DNA from: an uncultured Acidobacteriota bacterium
Lineage (GTDB): Bacteria > Acidobacteriota > Terriglobia > UBA7540
NCBI GenBank assembly: GCA_963804995.1
Contig: CAWDSK010000003.1
Location: forward strand, 64,001 to 128,000
Reading direction: 5' to 3'
DNA: 64,000 nt
Shown here: positions 63,278 through 64,000 of the stretch, piece by piece
Layout of the letters: each line of letters starts with the position of its first letter
Numbering within the stretch: position 1 is the first letter of the stretch
Translations under genes and position numbers: made by a program
The notes under the pieces: generated by a model
Told to the model about the DNA's origin: nothing
Seen by the model: only the letters and a program-made list of their open reading frames with translations
Database searches by the model: none

Positions 63278-64000
63278 GTGAAACGAATACCCATGCGCAG
63301 TGCGCCCCCTCCAGGGCGCGAAGGTGATCAAGAATTGGCTGCTTCCCGCCCTCGGCTCGTCTCCAAATACCGGCTTCTGATCACCTCGATATTTCTTGCC
63401 GGTCTGGTGGCGCTCATCTGGCCGGTGCGCGAGCTGCGCAGCGACAACTTCATCTTCTATTTCCCTGCCAGCCACCACTTGCTGCCCTTTGAGACCATCG
63501 ACAACACCAAGTACCTGCCGCTCTTGCAGATCCTGAACCTGGTGGGCAAGGTGGGAGGGCTACAGGAAAAGAAAAATTCCCTCAAAGTATGGTTTGGCTC
63601 GGCGCAAATCGAATTACGGCCGGCCGATACCAAAGTGCGCGTTGATAAAACCAACGTCAACCTGCCGGCGCCCGTGCGGGTTTCCAACGGTCAGTGGATG
63701 GTGCCGGTGGATTTCCTGACCACCGTGCTGCCGCGCCTGACGCACCAGACGGTGGAATATCAGGTGGGCACCAACCGGATTTTCATTGGCGATGTCAAAC
63801 CCTATTCCTTCACCGTGCGCCTGGACCCTCTGGCCAACGGGGCGCGGCTGACCGTCCAGTTCACCGATAAAGTCACCGTGCGCACCGCCTCCCAGAACGG
63901 TAAATGGGTGATGTTTCTGGGCGATCGCCCCGTGGAACCCATGGAGAACAGCTACCATTTCCAAAACCCCTACGTGAACGATTTGCAGTTTGACGATCAG
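63278..64000 (+). CDS. N-terminal part of an exported protein, probably N-acetylmuramoyl-L-alanine amidase (runs off the window)
   Basis: Open frame to the window end; TM segment then YLPL...LPAPVRVSNGQWMVPVDFL (copper-amine-oxidase-N-like); catalytic domain not visible. Confidence 0.55.
   Translation, partial: MKRIPMRSAPPPGREGDQELAASRPRLVSKYRLLITSIFLAGLVALIWPVRELRSDNFIFYFPASHHLLPFETIDNTKYLPLLQILNLVGKVGGLQEKKNSLKVWFGSAQIELRPADTKVRVDKTNVNLPAPVRVSNGQWMVPVDFLTTVLPRLTHQTVEYQVGTNRIFIGDVKPYSFTVRLDPLANGARLTVQFTDKVTVRTASQNGKWVMFLGDRPVEPMENSYHFQNPYVNDLQFDDQ

Overview
GC-rich bacterial chromosomal window. Gene content (carboxypeptidase-regulatory-domain TonB receptors, PadR modules, a Ser/Thr kinase with PD40-like repeats) suggests Acidobacteriota; this is an inference. 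The housekeeping backbone is a CCA/poly(A)-type nucleotidyltransferase, xerD, lpxD, fmt-def-aroC, pmbA-tldD and guaB. It is interleaved with four insertion sequences whose ends and target duplications can be read directly (IS1182, IS5, an IS701/ISH3-like element, ISKra4), at least four MITEs and many REP-like palindromes. There is also a DEAD-helicase/second RpoD-like sigma/RRM module and a toxin-antitoxin patch (hicB, higBA, vapBC) separated by a structured repeat. The most striking structure is a set of mobile elements built around GTAG...CTAC palindromes. An ORF-less 764-nt group II intron sits at a REP terminus, with a candidate EBS1 complementary to it. An IS has duplicated an entire 27-bp REP hairpin as its target site inside a 70-bp MITE. 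MITE/REP insertions keep host reading frames open. Several single-base frameshifts in otherwise intact genes probably reflect consensus errors. No CRISPR, rRNA or tRNA was seen.
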